This document shows positions 1 through 11,418 of a stretch of 64,000 nt of DNA, piece after piece. Origin of the DNA: Macrostomum hystrix. Lineage: Eukaryota; Animalia; Platyhelminthes. Numbering within the stretch: position 1 is the first letter of the stretch; each line of letters opens with the position of its first letter. The stretch is taken from contig CATNEN010000002.1 in the NCBI GenBank assembly GCA_950097015.1, positions 5,084,001-5,148,000 of the forward strand, read 5' to 3'. The position numbers and the translations under genes were made by a program. The notes under the pieces were generated by a model. It searched no databases, was not told the DNA's origin, and saw only the letters and a program-made list of their open reading frames with translations.

Positions 1-205
1 ACTTCGTTGACCCCGAAAGAAGCACATTCAGGCTTGAAAGCGAACTCAAAACTCAAACAGGCTCGCTTTGTTAGAAGTTTAGAGAAATACAAGCTAGTAG
101 TAATCTCTGAAAGAAAACACCAAAAACAGCAAATTCAAAACTGGCTATCCCACAGCTTAGCAGCAATATGCAACAATGCGACAAGGATTGGCTCAACACT
201 GCAGC

Positions 206-1522
206 TCAAAGACCGCCCGTTGTGGCCGACCTGGCGTGGGCCTCACAATAAACTCGGTCTTCAACGCAGTAATAGCCGCAGTGACGCAGTCCTATGCCGC
301 ACGTGGCGCACTTCAGGCACTCCGGGTGCATGGGCAGCCGGCCCTGGACGTTGACGAAGACTCCGCGAACAATTTCACCGCAGGCTGCGCAGATGAGGCC
401 GCCCCCACTGGCGCCGGGAGCGGGTCGAGGCACCCCAGGCTCAGGTGGGCGCACCTGGCGATAGCCGTGAGTTGCAGCCGCAGCCGAGTCATGCAGCTGC
501 GAGTTGTTCTGCTGGTAACTGTTGCTACCGCCAGCTCGATGGCGACTCGCCGCGGCCGGACCGTACGCGTAGCCGTGCGGAGTGAACGGCCTCGGACTGC
601 TGTTGTAGTTGTTGTCATAGTGACGCATCGAATTGTCCGACTTGTTGGCCGCCAGAGACGTGTTTGTGACCTTGTTTTGTAAAAATATTAGTCAAAGGAA
701 TAAAGTGCAGAAGAAATGATAATAAACTTTCTTGAGAACTTTTGAGCATGACAATGGGTGGGAATTTTCGATTTTTCGGGCTAAACTACAACAACATCAA
801 CAACAACAAAGGAAAGCTCCTGGGCCAGCATCACTCAGTTGCGCCAGCATCACTCAGGGGCGCCAGCATCACTCAGGGGCGCCAGCATCAATCAGGGGCG
901 CCAGCATCACTCAGGGGCGCCAGCATCACTCAGGGGCGCCAGCATCACTCAGGGGCGCCAGCATCACTCAGGGGCGCCAGCATCACTCAGGCTGGCTAGG
1001 CATAAAAAATAACTTGCAAACCTTCGGCAGATCAGCGAACATGCTTCCACTGCCAGCAGGAAATCTAGCGCCAGCAACTGGCCGCGCTGGGGGCGTGTGA
1101 GGCGGCTGATGGTGCTGCTGCTGCTGCTGATGCTGCTGGTAAAGCTGCGTCACTGGCTGCACAGAAGGCCTCCAAATATTCACGCCACCTCCGCCGCCTC
1201 CGCCACCACCTTCAAAGTCGTCGTAGATGCCTCCGCCACCGCCGCTGCTGCCGCTGCTTCCACCGCGTCGCACCATGAGAGCAACCTCATTCCCGGACCT
1301 GATGATGGCCATCTTGGCTGCCTCGTGCTGCAGATAGTCCGTCGGCTGGCCGTTGATGCCGACCACGAAGTCACCGCGTGCCAAGCCGCAGCGATCGGCG
1401 ACGGTGCCCGGGGCGACACTCTCAACGCTGAGCGGGAGCTGGTAGTCGATGCCGCCCTGCAGACGGAAGCCCCAGGAGTAGGACGGGTCTGGACGGCGCA
1501 GGCTGACGTGGTGCACCGCCAT
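206..1522 (-). CDS. PDZ and LIM domain protein (ALP/Zasp/PDLIM-like), 2 exons, ~321 aa
   Basis: Exon 1 1522-1022 encodes a PDZ domain (SWGFRLQGG...GINGQ...MVRR) plus a Gly/Gln-rich linker, with donor AAG|GTTTGC. Exon 2 670-206 follows acceptor AACAAG|GTC and ends in one LIM domain (CAACGEIV...HPECLKCATC...YCEAH). The phase-0 join gives LPK|VTNT. Confidence 0.9.
826..990. repeat. 19-bp minisatellite (CAGCATCACTCAGGGGCGC) x ~8.5 in the PDZ-LIM intron
   Basis: Tandem copies directly visible. Confidence 0.95.
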
Positions 1523-2733
1523 TTTCGCTCGAGTCCCGGCGGACAGGCGGGCAGAAGGATAGGCAAGGGGTAACTAGAAATGCAAGAAAGACCAGAAGAA
1601 AAATTGAAAAGAGAAAAAAATTGCAAGAAACGAAACAGTTTGGTCTTTTGCTAGCACCGCCTCCGGCAAAGAAAGTGCCTTCGAAGTTGTATGACTTTTG
1701 AGGCTGTCCTTCACCGACCGCGGTTGGGACAGAGAAAAGGAGGTAGACAGACAGAGGGCCAGGCGAATGCGGAAAGAGCTTGAAGGTTGGAGAATGGTGA
1801 AATGTCAGAAAGATCGTTGGATGTGCATTCAATGATACGAGGCGCGTACATATAGCGTATTTTGCTAATGGCGAACTTTAGGATTCAGACGTGAGGATCC
1901 CTGCCACTTCCAGAACAACAGGATTCATCGGCAAAACCTCATTCCCCATCACGAAATTCCAGCCCATTGCGTCCACCCTCGCCCCGGGCCGCTGAAACGC
2001 TGGAGGCTAGAAAAGCAGGCGCTGTACAAGCCTCGAATGGCAAGTTTCGCTAGAAGCCACAAGCAAGAGATGCTTGCTGGAAAGAGGATTGCGGGAAAAT
2101 TAGAGAAAAATGCTGCACAAACGAAAAGGTTTCCACAGCACAGCTGCTGCTGGAGTGCGCCCCAGCTACCGTGTGAAGGCACTCCTGCAGTCCCTTTGAA
2201 AGCGCTGCAATTCGACCGCGGATCGGACAAGGAGCCAGGAGGAATAGCACACGAGCCCTGCACTTTTTAGTTAGCCAAGCAGCGAGTCAAAACTGGGAGC
2301 GTCTGTGCGATAAATTGGAAACTGGAAAGACTGTCATGGTGACATGCTTTGAAACAGAAAAATAGAGAATTGAAAGTTGGTTAGAAAATGCTTGAATTCG
2401 CAGGGCACCTAGTTTGGAACACTTTCTTGATGAAATAGCTTGAGGTCAACTAAATATTTTAAAGTGCTAATTTATTGAATTAATAAATATGAATATTTTT
2501 GTATCATCATTTTGGGTAGAAACTTATGTGGGTGTGACGTCCTTTTCAGTCTTTGGACTGAACGGCTGTACACAGGCTTTGGAAACGCGTTGAAAAATTT
2601 GCGATCCATAAATTAATGAGTCTAAGTTAAAATTCCGATAATAACATTCACAGAATTTTAATGTAGCTTCATTTCATGAAAAATAATCAATCAGTCGCTG
2701 CGAAAATTCAGAACACATGCTAAAATTTCCATT

Positions 2734-3098
2734 AGGGGGTCAGTGGCAGAGCGGTTATCGCGTTTGCCTCTCGCACGACGGTCCCTAATTTCGATTCCAC
2801 GGCGAGGCCACATTTATTTGGGGCGCAGCCGCGGAGAGAAGGCTTGGGGGCTTGTCGTGCAATTTACGCCCTTAAGGGCCAACCTCCAAGGCACAGTGAA
2901 ATGTACACTGACTGATGATGAGAAAGGCAGGGCAGATGTACACACCTGTGTGAGCGTGTGCCTACGTACGGTATCTGTGTGTGCGTGTGCTCACGAGTCA
3001 GCGAAATGGGCAGAATTGCCTCCTCGCTGGCTGCGGGTCTAGTGTCACCAAATGATGTGCCATTGCCCGCAGGCCTCCTGCAGTTATTATTATTATTA
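2734..3098 (+). mobile_element. tRNA-derived SINE family 1, full-length copy
   Basis: Head with A-box TGGCAGAGCGG and B-box-like TTCGATTCC; ~365-bp body; (TTA)n tail. Flanking target-site duplication CTAAAATTTCC(C)ATT at 2720-2733 and 3099-3113. The body recurs about 12 times in the window. Confidence 0.85.
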
Positions 3099-3986
3099 CT
3101 AAAATTTCCCATTCTACAACATTGCAAAACATTGGCGTCGTCGAGGTGTCTGGTGGCAGAACAAACCAATATAGTCAAAATTGTTCAGCTCAAAAAATTT
3201 CAGCATGTAACCATGTCGGCTATTACTGCAAGAATAGGTGGGTATTTGAAACACCTGTGGTATCTCTTCAGGGGAAATAGCGTGATCTTTCTACTGTTAA
3301 GCCCCAGACAAGCAATTGTTCTTGTGGCAATGTGGCAATGAGTACTATGCTTTGTTTTCTGAAGTAGTAAGTGTGGATTTTTTCTCTGAGATTTTTTTAA
3401 CGAAAATCACGTCAAGCGCAGTGGTGTTGCTAATCAAATTATTCTTTCAACGAAGCGCACGAGTCGTTCTATTAAAATTCCGAAAATCCGAACAGCGCCT
3501 GCTCCTGTATCTATGAATTCATCTCTAATGGAAACATTAACGGACCAATGGCACCCAAAAAAGAACATGAATTTCGTTCTGTACTTCGACTCTACACTTT
3601 GAACAAGTTTCTCAATAAATCTCAATGCTATGTTATTGATACAACTAAAAAGCAAGTGCAGAGATAGGCCATAAGAAGTTATCTTTGTCAGTCCCTCATG
3701 AATGGTTATATATTTTAAGTATCGAATATATCTTTCAGCATAGTGACACAATGCGCTTATGTTGAGACTCGCGACGTTTATTACTGGATAGTCAAGTATT
3801 TATTGTTGGATACCAAATCTTATGCATTAAATATTGTTTTGGTGCGAATGTTTTGCACAGTAAACTAGGTCACATTCTTGAAAATTGTGTTTTTTTACTT
3901 AATCCCACGTCCTGATCCATTGTCACCATGGCTCTAGAAGTACTTCGTATGACATTGTTGACTGTCGATTTCAAATTAGCAGCCCC

Positions 3987-5611
3987 TTAAAGCATCAGCA
4001 TCTCGAACTCCATCAGAGAATAAGAATAACCATAATTGAGATTCCAGATGATTCCCTGCGCATAAGAACCATTAATGGCTATGGAGCTATCCTTGTATAC
4101 TCCGTTCGGGTTGGTGCAGTGGCAGCTTCTAAACCACCAGGCGCCTCGAAAAAAAGCCGCACAATTGTTTTCATCTAAATTGTCGTTATCATCATCCATC
4201 GTGCTGAACTTCTGGCCATGGCCGTTAGAGAAGCAGTCTCCGATACCAGGACTGGCTGAGAAGCCGGAAACTGACAGAGGGTATTTGTAACCTGCCGGAC
4301 CAACAGACGCGCTGGAGTACTCAGCCCAGCCCACTGGGCCGTTCCACGGCGTCATCAGAAATCTCACCTTTCTGGGCGTAAATGAAGTCAGCGAGTGCAA
4401 CACATTCAGACCTGCAATTTCAGGTGAGCTATGCTCAGCAGATTAGAAACTCTTGTGTCACTGATGGCTAAATGCCTCAGTATTGAACCTGACATTATAA
4501 AAAGCCGAGGCAAAGCACACAATTACTCTGGACCTTCAGTTCAAGCTTCTCAAACTCGTTGACTCACTCTTATTCGGTGTAGACTTTAGTTAGCAACAAA
4601 AACGTGTACTTAGCGATTCGGGGTATATAATACCTTGATCGAATTACGAAACTCGCGCGAATATTAAGGGTGAGGGCAGGGGTGGGTGAAAGTGAGAGAA
4701 AAAGAGCCAATCACGAGAGCAGGGGGTGGGTGACATTGAGAGAAGTAGAGAGCCAATCACGAGAGCAGGGGGTGGGTGACATTGAGAGAAGTAGAGAGCC
4801 AATCACGAGAGCAGGGGGTGGGTGACATTGAGAGAAGTAGAGAGCCAATCACGAGAGCAGGGGGTGGGTGACAGTGAGAGAAGTAGAGAGCCAATCACGA
4901 GAGCAGGGGGTGGGTGACAGTGAGAGAAGTAGAGAGCCAATCACGAAAGCAGGGGTGAGAAAAAGCGATTGGAGTACGAGAATATCGTACTCCAATAACC
5001 AGGCAAGTTAGTGGTTAGTGGCTTCGAACAGGGCGCTCGCTACTGCAAGTGAAGGGCGAGATTCACTGAAAGCCGTAAATCATACCAATCCAGTAGTTTC
5101 CGTCGGGTCCCTCGCCGAACTCGCTCTGGTACTGAGTCCAGTTGCGATAAAAGTCCACCGAACCGGACACCCTGTGCTGCACGGTGGCCCAGCAGTCAGT
5201 GCTAAATGTCTGCAATGCGGCATGCGTAAAGAATAAGCTGGTAGATTTTACTAGCCTCAATAGGAAAAATGTTCTCAAAACACGCACCCAAACTTGTTCA
5301 GTTCCCTTGTTCAAATTGCGGCACTTCCTGCAGTGACTCAGGCCCAGACGACACCTAAAGTGAGTGCACAGGCTGGAGCTCGCGTTGAAGGTCGCCAGCT
5401 GCACAGCGGAGTCGCTGCTGGCAGCGGTTAAACATGCGATTCTGGTGGCATCAGCGTATGACTTCGCAACCTCATAGTCGGACATTCTCTCGCGGCTCAG
5501 CCACCACCTTCGCTCCGACGTCACGGCTCGTCCGGGTGAGGGAGCGAAGACAGCCAGAAGCAGCAGAAATGCCGCTTTCAATGCGTAGTTTTTCTGCAAG
5601 CCAGTTTTCAT
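3987..5611 (-). CDS. FReD gene A: secreted PAN-like/Cys-rich + fibrinogen C-terminal domain protein, ~290 aa, intact
   Basis: Exons 5611-5288, 5209-5086 and 4411-3987; GT-AG introns in phase 0 and 1. Hydrophobic signal peptide; [16 protein letters not shown]; [19 protein letters not shown]...NYWIG; FSTMDDDND..NCA..GAWWF.SC..NPNG; GIIW. Confidence 0.9.
4531..4966. mobile_element. MITE-like element in intron 2 of gene A carrying a 46-bp tandem array (~4700-4950, ~6 copies)
   Basis: Starts near GCTTCTCAAACT and ends AAAGCAGGGGTGAGAAA. The same ends and one copy of the internal GGGGTGGGTGACAGTGA..AGCCAAT motif recur at 20890-21197. The array (AGAGCCAATCACGAGAGCAGGGGGTGGGTGACATTGAGAGAAGTAG) is certain; the transposon class (hAT/Charlie-like ends) is tentative. 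Confidence 0.45.
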
Positions 5612-6049
5612 TGCGCAAGGCTTTTGTCACTAAGTCTCGTCTCAGTGTCAGGCTTTATCAGCAACAATCAACTCCCTCGGTTAATTTCGTTTCCGTCAAG
5701 AAACTGTTTGGCCAACAATGAAAACTTTGTTTGCTTTTGAGTCCAGTTGAGCTGAGTTCTGCGAATCCTGCCTTGGTGTCTTAGTTTCAGATGCATTGCT
5801 AACTTCCGCTAAGTCTATATTTCTTTGTTTTGTCTCAGCAGCCATCAGCAGACTATCAGATCCATTGTTCCTTGGAAGCTATTGCGGAAATCGGCAAAAC
5901 AATCCAATGACAGATCGGGGCTTAAGATCGAATACGAGTCCTGAAAATTACGTCCTGAGGATTTTTATAGCAAAAATTCATTTTTGACAACCTTTGCATT
6001 TAGCATTTGCCACCTTAGGAAAAAAGAACGCGGCTTCTATGGTCTCTTA

Positions 6050-6390
6050 GATAGCATTGAGCCCATGCAGGTAGTATTCAACGCAGGTAACATTCAGCAA
6101 CGATAGCATTGAGCCCATGCTGGTAGTATTCAACGCAGGTAACATTCAGCAACGATAGCATTGAGCCCATGCAGGTAGCATTCAACGCAGGTAACATTCA
6201 GCAACGATAGCATTGAGCCCATGTTGGTAGTATTCAACGCAGGTAACATTCAGCAACGATAGCATTGAGATGAGCATTTGATCGTGATTAGCATTGCTCA
6301 CAGGTGACATGGAGCACAGGCAACATTGAGTACAGGTAGCATTGAGCCCAGGTGACATTGAGCACAGATAACATTGAACACATGTAGCAT
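6050..6390. repeat. 52-bp tandem repeat x ~4.3, decaying into ~18-bp subunits
   Basis: Unit AGCATTGAGCCCATGCAGGTAGTATTCAACGCAGGTAACATTCAGCAACGAT recurs at 52-bp spacing from ~6053, followed by degenerate AGGTARCATTGAGC units. Confidence 0.9.
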
Positions 6391-6795
6391 TCTGCTGAGA
6401 ATAGCTGAATTTAAAAGACTTTTGACGAGCAGTTCGTCAGTAGTTTATTAAATCGTCGATTTAATTCCTGATAAGGTGTGCAAATATTTTGGGACGCATC
6501 TGTCAATTTAAGTTTCCAGTGGTTAATTCATTTCTGGACTAGTTAAACACAGTGGGAAGGCGGAAAAGTTGGATTTCATAATTTAAATAATGAAATTTAT
6601 CTTTTTGTGCCTTCAAAACAGTGCTCGGCGACACAGGTAGTGCGTTACAGAAATACGGTGCAATGGGGCATTTTTACTCTCAAAAATTAAAACCGGTTTA
6701 AAAAGATTGTTTTTTTCGAGACCTTACGTCACGAGACTTTCATCTCGTCCGTCATTTTCAACTCCTTGATGATTCTCACACGCAGAATAAACATT

Positions 6796-7903
6796 TCACA
6801 GTATCAGCATTTATATCTCCTTTAATGATTAACGATAGCTGTAGGGAATTGCCCACATAATTCTTTGAGCATTTGGACCGTCGATCGCTTTAGCAAAGTC
6901 CATGTAATTTCCATTCGGATGAGCACAGTAGCACGAGCTGAACCACCAGCCACCTGGATACCGTACAGCACAGCTGGTCGCATAAGAATCATGATCAAAG
7001 TCGAAGGTGGTGAACTGAAGGCCAGCGGTCGACAGGCAGTCTCAGACTCCGACAGAGGCAGAAAATCCGCGCAGCCAGAGCGTGTAGTTTGTAGACTCAG
7101 GACCCACGGCGAAGCTTGAGTACTCAGCCCAGCTCTCGGTGTCATTCCACAGCTTCATCAGGACTCGCAGCTTCCGACTTCCAGACTTGGTCATTGCGTA
7201 CAAAGAGTTCAATTCTCAATTGGAAAAGATTGGAGAACTTTGAACTGTTCATACAAAATATGAAAATTTTAATACGATCGCACTAGTCAGACAACCATAA
7301 TGCTGCAAAGTTGATCAAAACGGTACTCAAAAGTAGAAACTTTCGTTTAATTTATTTTATTAGGTTTCGGACGAGGTGAATTTTGTATTTTTAAGCCCCT
7401 GCAGTTTAAAAACTCTTGATTACCGATCCAGTAGTTTGAGTGGGGTCCTTCGCCGAACTCATTTTGGTACTGAGTCCAGTTGCGGTAAAAGTCCACGGAG
7501 CCGGACACCCTGTGCTGCACGGTGGTCAAGCACTCACTGCTGGCTGTTTACAGGGTCGTAAATTAACGAATGGACGTTTGAGAGAGTTGCAAATGCAGCA
7601 ATAAATCTGAAAGTTCATTGCTTTTGCACTCACCCACATAATTTTCCGTCCCTGTTCCACATTGCGGCACTTCCTGCAGTGACTTAGGCCCAGACGACAC
7701 CTGAAGTGAGTGCACAGCCTTGAGCTGGCGTTGAATTCTACTAGCGGCACAGCACACGGCTGGCACATTCAATGCAGCGCATTTTATATCAATAGCAGAC
7801 TCTCCGCGGTTGGCCGCCAATAGCGACCTTCGGTGCCTTCGCTGGTTTCAATCGATGCCACTGCTTGAATGAGCACAGCCACCAATATTAGATTCAGACT
7901 CAT
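6796..7903 (-). pseudogene. FReD gene B, pseudogene
   Basis: Exons 7903-7634, 7547-7424 and 7214-6796. Stops at 7784-7786 and 7769-7771 with deletions in exon 1. Exon 2 acceptor is AA instead of AG (7548-7549). In-frame TGA at 7042-7044 (Gly in paralogues) and TAA at 6829-6831 and 6811-6813. Confidence 0.9.
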
Positions 7904-8599
7904 TTCTTTGCGATTCCAAGTAAAAGCTTGTCGTTACCATGATTTCGAAGAAACTGCATTGATGCTTGAGGTAGCTTTTATGCATGAAGTTATAAGCACG
8001 CAGGCTGCAGTGTCACCAACAGCAGCCAATGCTAAAACTTGCTTCCGCCCTTGAGTGATTCTGGGGCGCTGCTCGACACCCGGGAGCGATTTCCGCCTAC
8101 AATGTGCGCGTCGTCACGATGCGCGGCCTCGCAATATGACTTTTGCTTGCAGCGAGTGAGATCCGATTCTCGAGACTAAACATGAGGTAGGTGTAACTTG
8201 CATGGACAAACATGCCACCTTCTTCGTGATGCAGCCCGATGCATTTGTCGGTGTGATTCGGTTAAAAATATTCCGAACAAAAAGTAAATCGCTGAAGAAG
8301 AAACGTATTCCACAGGAAATCTATTAGACACTGGCGATATTAATCCATGACGCTGTATTATACGGATTTGAAATTACCTGTCGTAAGATTGCATGAATTA
8401 TATTTATTATTTGCCTCGTTCTTATATTAGACAGTACGGTATGTGAACATTCCAAAGTTATATCATCCCGTGTATAAAGAGATTTCTATATTTTTTCTTC
8501 ATTTTAAGTACAAAATAAAAGTTTCGCAGCTGTCCATAATTTGTCAGGCCAAAATGTATTGCTTAACAAAAATCGGTAGTAAGTGAAGTGAGTCACTAG

Positions 8600-9945
8600 T
8601 CTAGCTATACGTAGTTGTAGCTTCACTTGTAGTTAGCCTAACGCTTACCTTGTGTGCTCCTTCTCTTGCGCAGCTTTTCTTCATTCCCTCTTTGTTCTTT
8701 TCACTGGTGGCTTCACTGGTGGGCGCCTCTCTGGGATTTTTACTGTAGTGAGCCACTGCTTAGGGGCCTATTGGTGTCTCACTAGCTGTCAGTAGCCCCA
8801 CCTGCAAGGTAGCTTAGGTGTCCCCTTTTTGCTAGCATTGAGTGGCTGCCCGGCCCGCCCTCTCTGGCGTTGTCTGGTCTGTCCCTCTCTGCCCTTCCCT
8901 TCCCGGCGGCGCCTGCACTTAGAGTGTGTTGTCTCTTCCCCCCAGGGATGAGTCATCACCTCTTTGTCCCGCGCTGGCTTTGTTGTCCCTTGTCCTTTTC
9001 TTTGTGTGTGGTTGTCTGCACTCAGTCAGCACGTGATTCTCCTCATGTGACTGGCCTCTCTCTTTGTCTATTAAAGTGCAAGTAAACATGTTTACTGCAC
9101 TTGGGGCTTTATTATGGGACAGGAGCCTACGTAGGAGTGACGTTTCTGGCGCCACTGACGTCAGTTGCTATTTTTAGAAACCACGTGATTCCATCACGTG
9201 TTTTCTAACTCTGCACTGACCCTATGGGAGGCCCCTGCCTATAAAAGAAAGCCCCCCGCTCCTCTGGTCCTCATCCCTTTCTCCCCGGCTTCACCTTGCC
9301 GCTTCCTGTCATTAACGTTTTCTCTGACTTATTTCAGTCTCTCTTGTCAGTGCCATCGAGTGTCTAAGTTTCCCACTTCAGTCTCTGCGTGTGGCTGCTC
9401 GCAAGCTCAGTTCTGGCTAAGTCCCGAAACTAACTTAGCCTTCCCCCACCACCCGAGCTACGCAGGACACTGACAGCCTTTAACTGCGACTGAAACTCTG
9501 CACGGTGTGCGCTTCTCAAGACTTCGTGACTTTATCTCTTTCGGGCCAAGGATCCTTCACCTCACCGAAGGCAGAAGTCCTGACGCCCTGGTGGCAGCGC
9601 TACTACTACACTACCTAGTATTCTTGGACTTCATATTGGAGTTCGCCGGATCCCGCATTGTTAGCAGGACGACCGGTACAACATTACTATAAATGCAGAG
9701 CTCCCGAGCTCCCGACTTTTCACACTATGCTTCCCTTCCATCCAACCTCTGGATTCTGTCGCGTCGGGCTTAAGTCTCACTCTGCTTATTTTGCCCCTAT
9801 AGTGGCCTCTGATTTTGGCGCTTCGGTTCGCCCTCACCTTCACCCTTTTGGTATTTTATCACGTTGAGGATCTGACTAATTAAATTTCTTTCCTGCCCTC
9901 CCGCCCGAGTCGCTGGAACGCTGGAATTCGATCAGCACTTTACAT
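8600..9945 (+). mobile_element. LTR-like segment (possible solo LTR), boundaries uncertain
   Basis: GC-richer and pyrimidine-biased relative to flanks; CACGTG x3 (9030, 9182, 9195), TGACGTCA at 9156, TATAAAA at 9240, AATTAAA at ~9878, ends ..TTACA. No target-site duplication found. Confidence 0.35.
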
Positions 9946-10268
9946 CGAAGAGATCATTAACATTGTTATTTTCGGCGGCCCACAAGCTCGAGTTTCCCCG
10001 AACAAGAGCCCGGACTTCTGTGGTAGCAGCAATTACCCTACCAAGCTATCTGACAGAAGAACTTTCGTTAAGTCTTCATATTGGAGTCTGCTGAAAGTCG
10101 GTATTAACTTTGAACGACCAACAGCCACAACATAAGGACTTAAAAACGACTTTCGACTTGATAAATAGTTTAAATGTTAACGCTTTTTTAGGCACATTGT
10201 TCAAACAGTAGTTTTTCTTCAGTTGTCACTGTTGTCGATTTTTGTCAACTTTCCAAGGAGCTGAGAAG

Positions 10269-11418
10269 TCAGAAGACCAGCAACTCAATCTCCATCAGGG
10301 AATAATTGGAGCCGTAGGGAAAGAACCAAATGATGCCCTGAGCGTACGGGCCACTAATAGCATCGGGGAAATTCTTGTACTTTCCGTTCGGATGAAATTT
10401 GAAACACGAAGAGAACCACCAGCCACCAAAGTAGTACATGGCACAGTTTGTTGCATGGGTATCGTGATCGGCGTCAAAGGTGCTGAACTGCGTGCCGTTG
10501 TGGGAAGAAATGCAGTCTCCGACTCCGGCAGAGGCAGAAAATCGTGAAATGCTGAGCGTGTAGTTTGTAGACTCAGGACCCACAGCGAAGCTTGAGTACT
10601 CAGCCCAGCTCTCGGTGTCGTTCCACAGCTTCATCAGGACTCGCAGCTTCCGACTTCCAGACTTGGTCATTGCGTACAAAGAGTTCAATCCTCAATTGGA
10701 AAAGATTGGAGAACTTTGAACTGTTCATACAAAATATGAAAATTGTAATTCAGTCGCAATAGTCCGACAACAATAATGCTGCAAAGTTGATCCAAAAAGG
10801 TTCCCAAAACTAGAAAATGACGACACTTTCGTTTAATTAATTTTACTAAGTTTCGGACGAAGTGAATTTTGTACTTTGAAGCCCCTACAGTTTAAAAACT
10901 CTTGATTACCGATCCAGTAGTTTGAGTGGGGTCCTTCGCCGAACTCATTTTGGTACTGAGTCCAGTTGCGGTAAAAGTCCACGGAGCCGGACACCCTGTG
11001 CTGCACGGTGGTCCAGCACTCACTGCTTGATGTCTGAATGGTGAAGTTTTAAGAGTATTGTGTGCAATTTATCATGAAAACGAATGCGCATTTTTCATTT
11101 CGATACTGCCGATATACTCACCCACACTCGCTGAGCTCCCTGGTTCGCATTGCGGCACTTCCTGCAGTGACTTAGGCCCAGGCGACAGCTGAAGTGAGTG
11201 CACAGCTTTGAGCTGGCGTTGAAGGCCACCATCTGCACGGAGGAGTCGGCAGCTGCGATGCATTGCAGCTCGAACTGTACAGAAAACCGGTGGACAAGCT
11301 CGTAGTCAGAGAGACTCTCCTGACTGGATGACCAGATGAGTTCGAACGATGTGCTCAGGGCACCAACTTGAAGAACTGAAATCCCTCTGAGCAGCAGGAC
11401 TATGGCCTGGGCGATCAT
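10269..11418 (-). CDS. FReD gene C, ~280 aa, intact
   Basis: Exons 11418-11122, 11033-10910 and 10690-10269; canonical splice sites; open frame; same motifs as gene A. Confidence 0.9.

Noticed and set aside
2734-2810. tRNA genes at SINE heads (also 24640-24706, 33000-33053, 41900-41975, 49560-49630)
   Set aside because: A and B boxes are present, but acceptor stems do not pair and each head continues into a shared repeat body with a simple-repeat tail.
5210-5287. Gene A intron 1 is 78 nt and stop-free, so the ORF track reads through it
   Set aside because: It has canonical donor and acceptor at the family-wide positions; a stop-free short intron is unremarkable without retention data.
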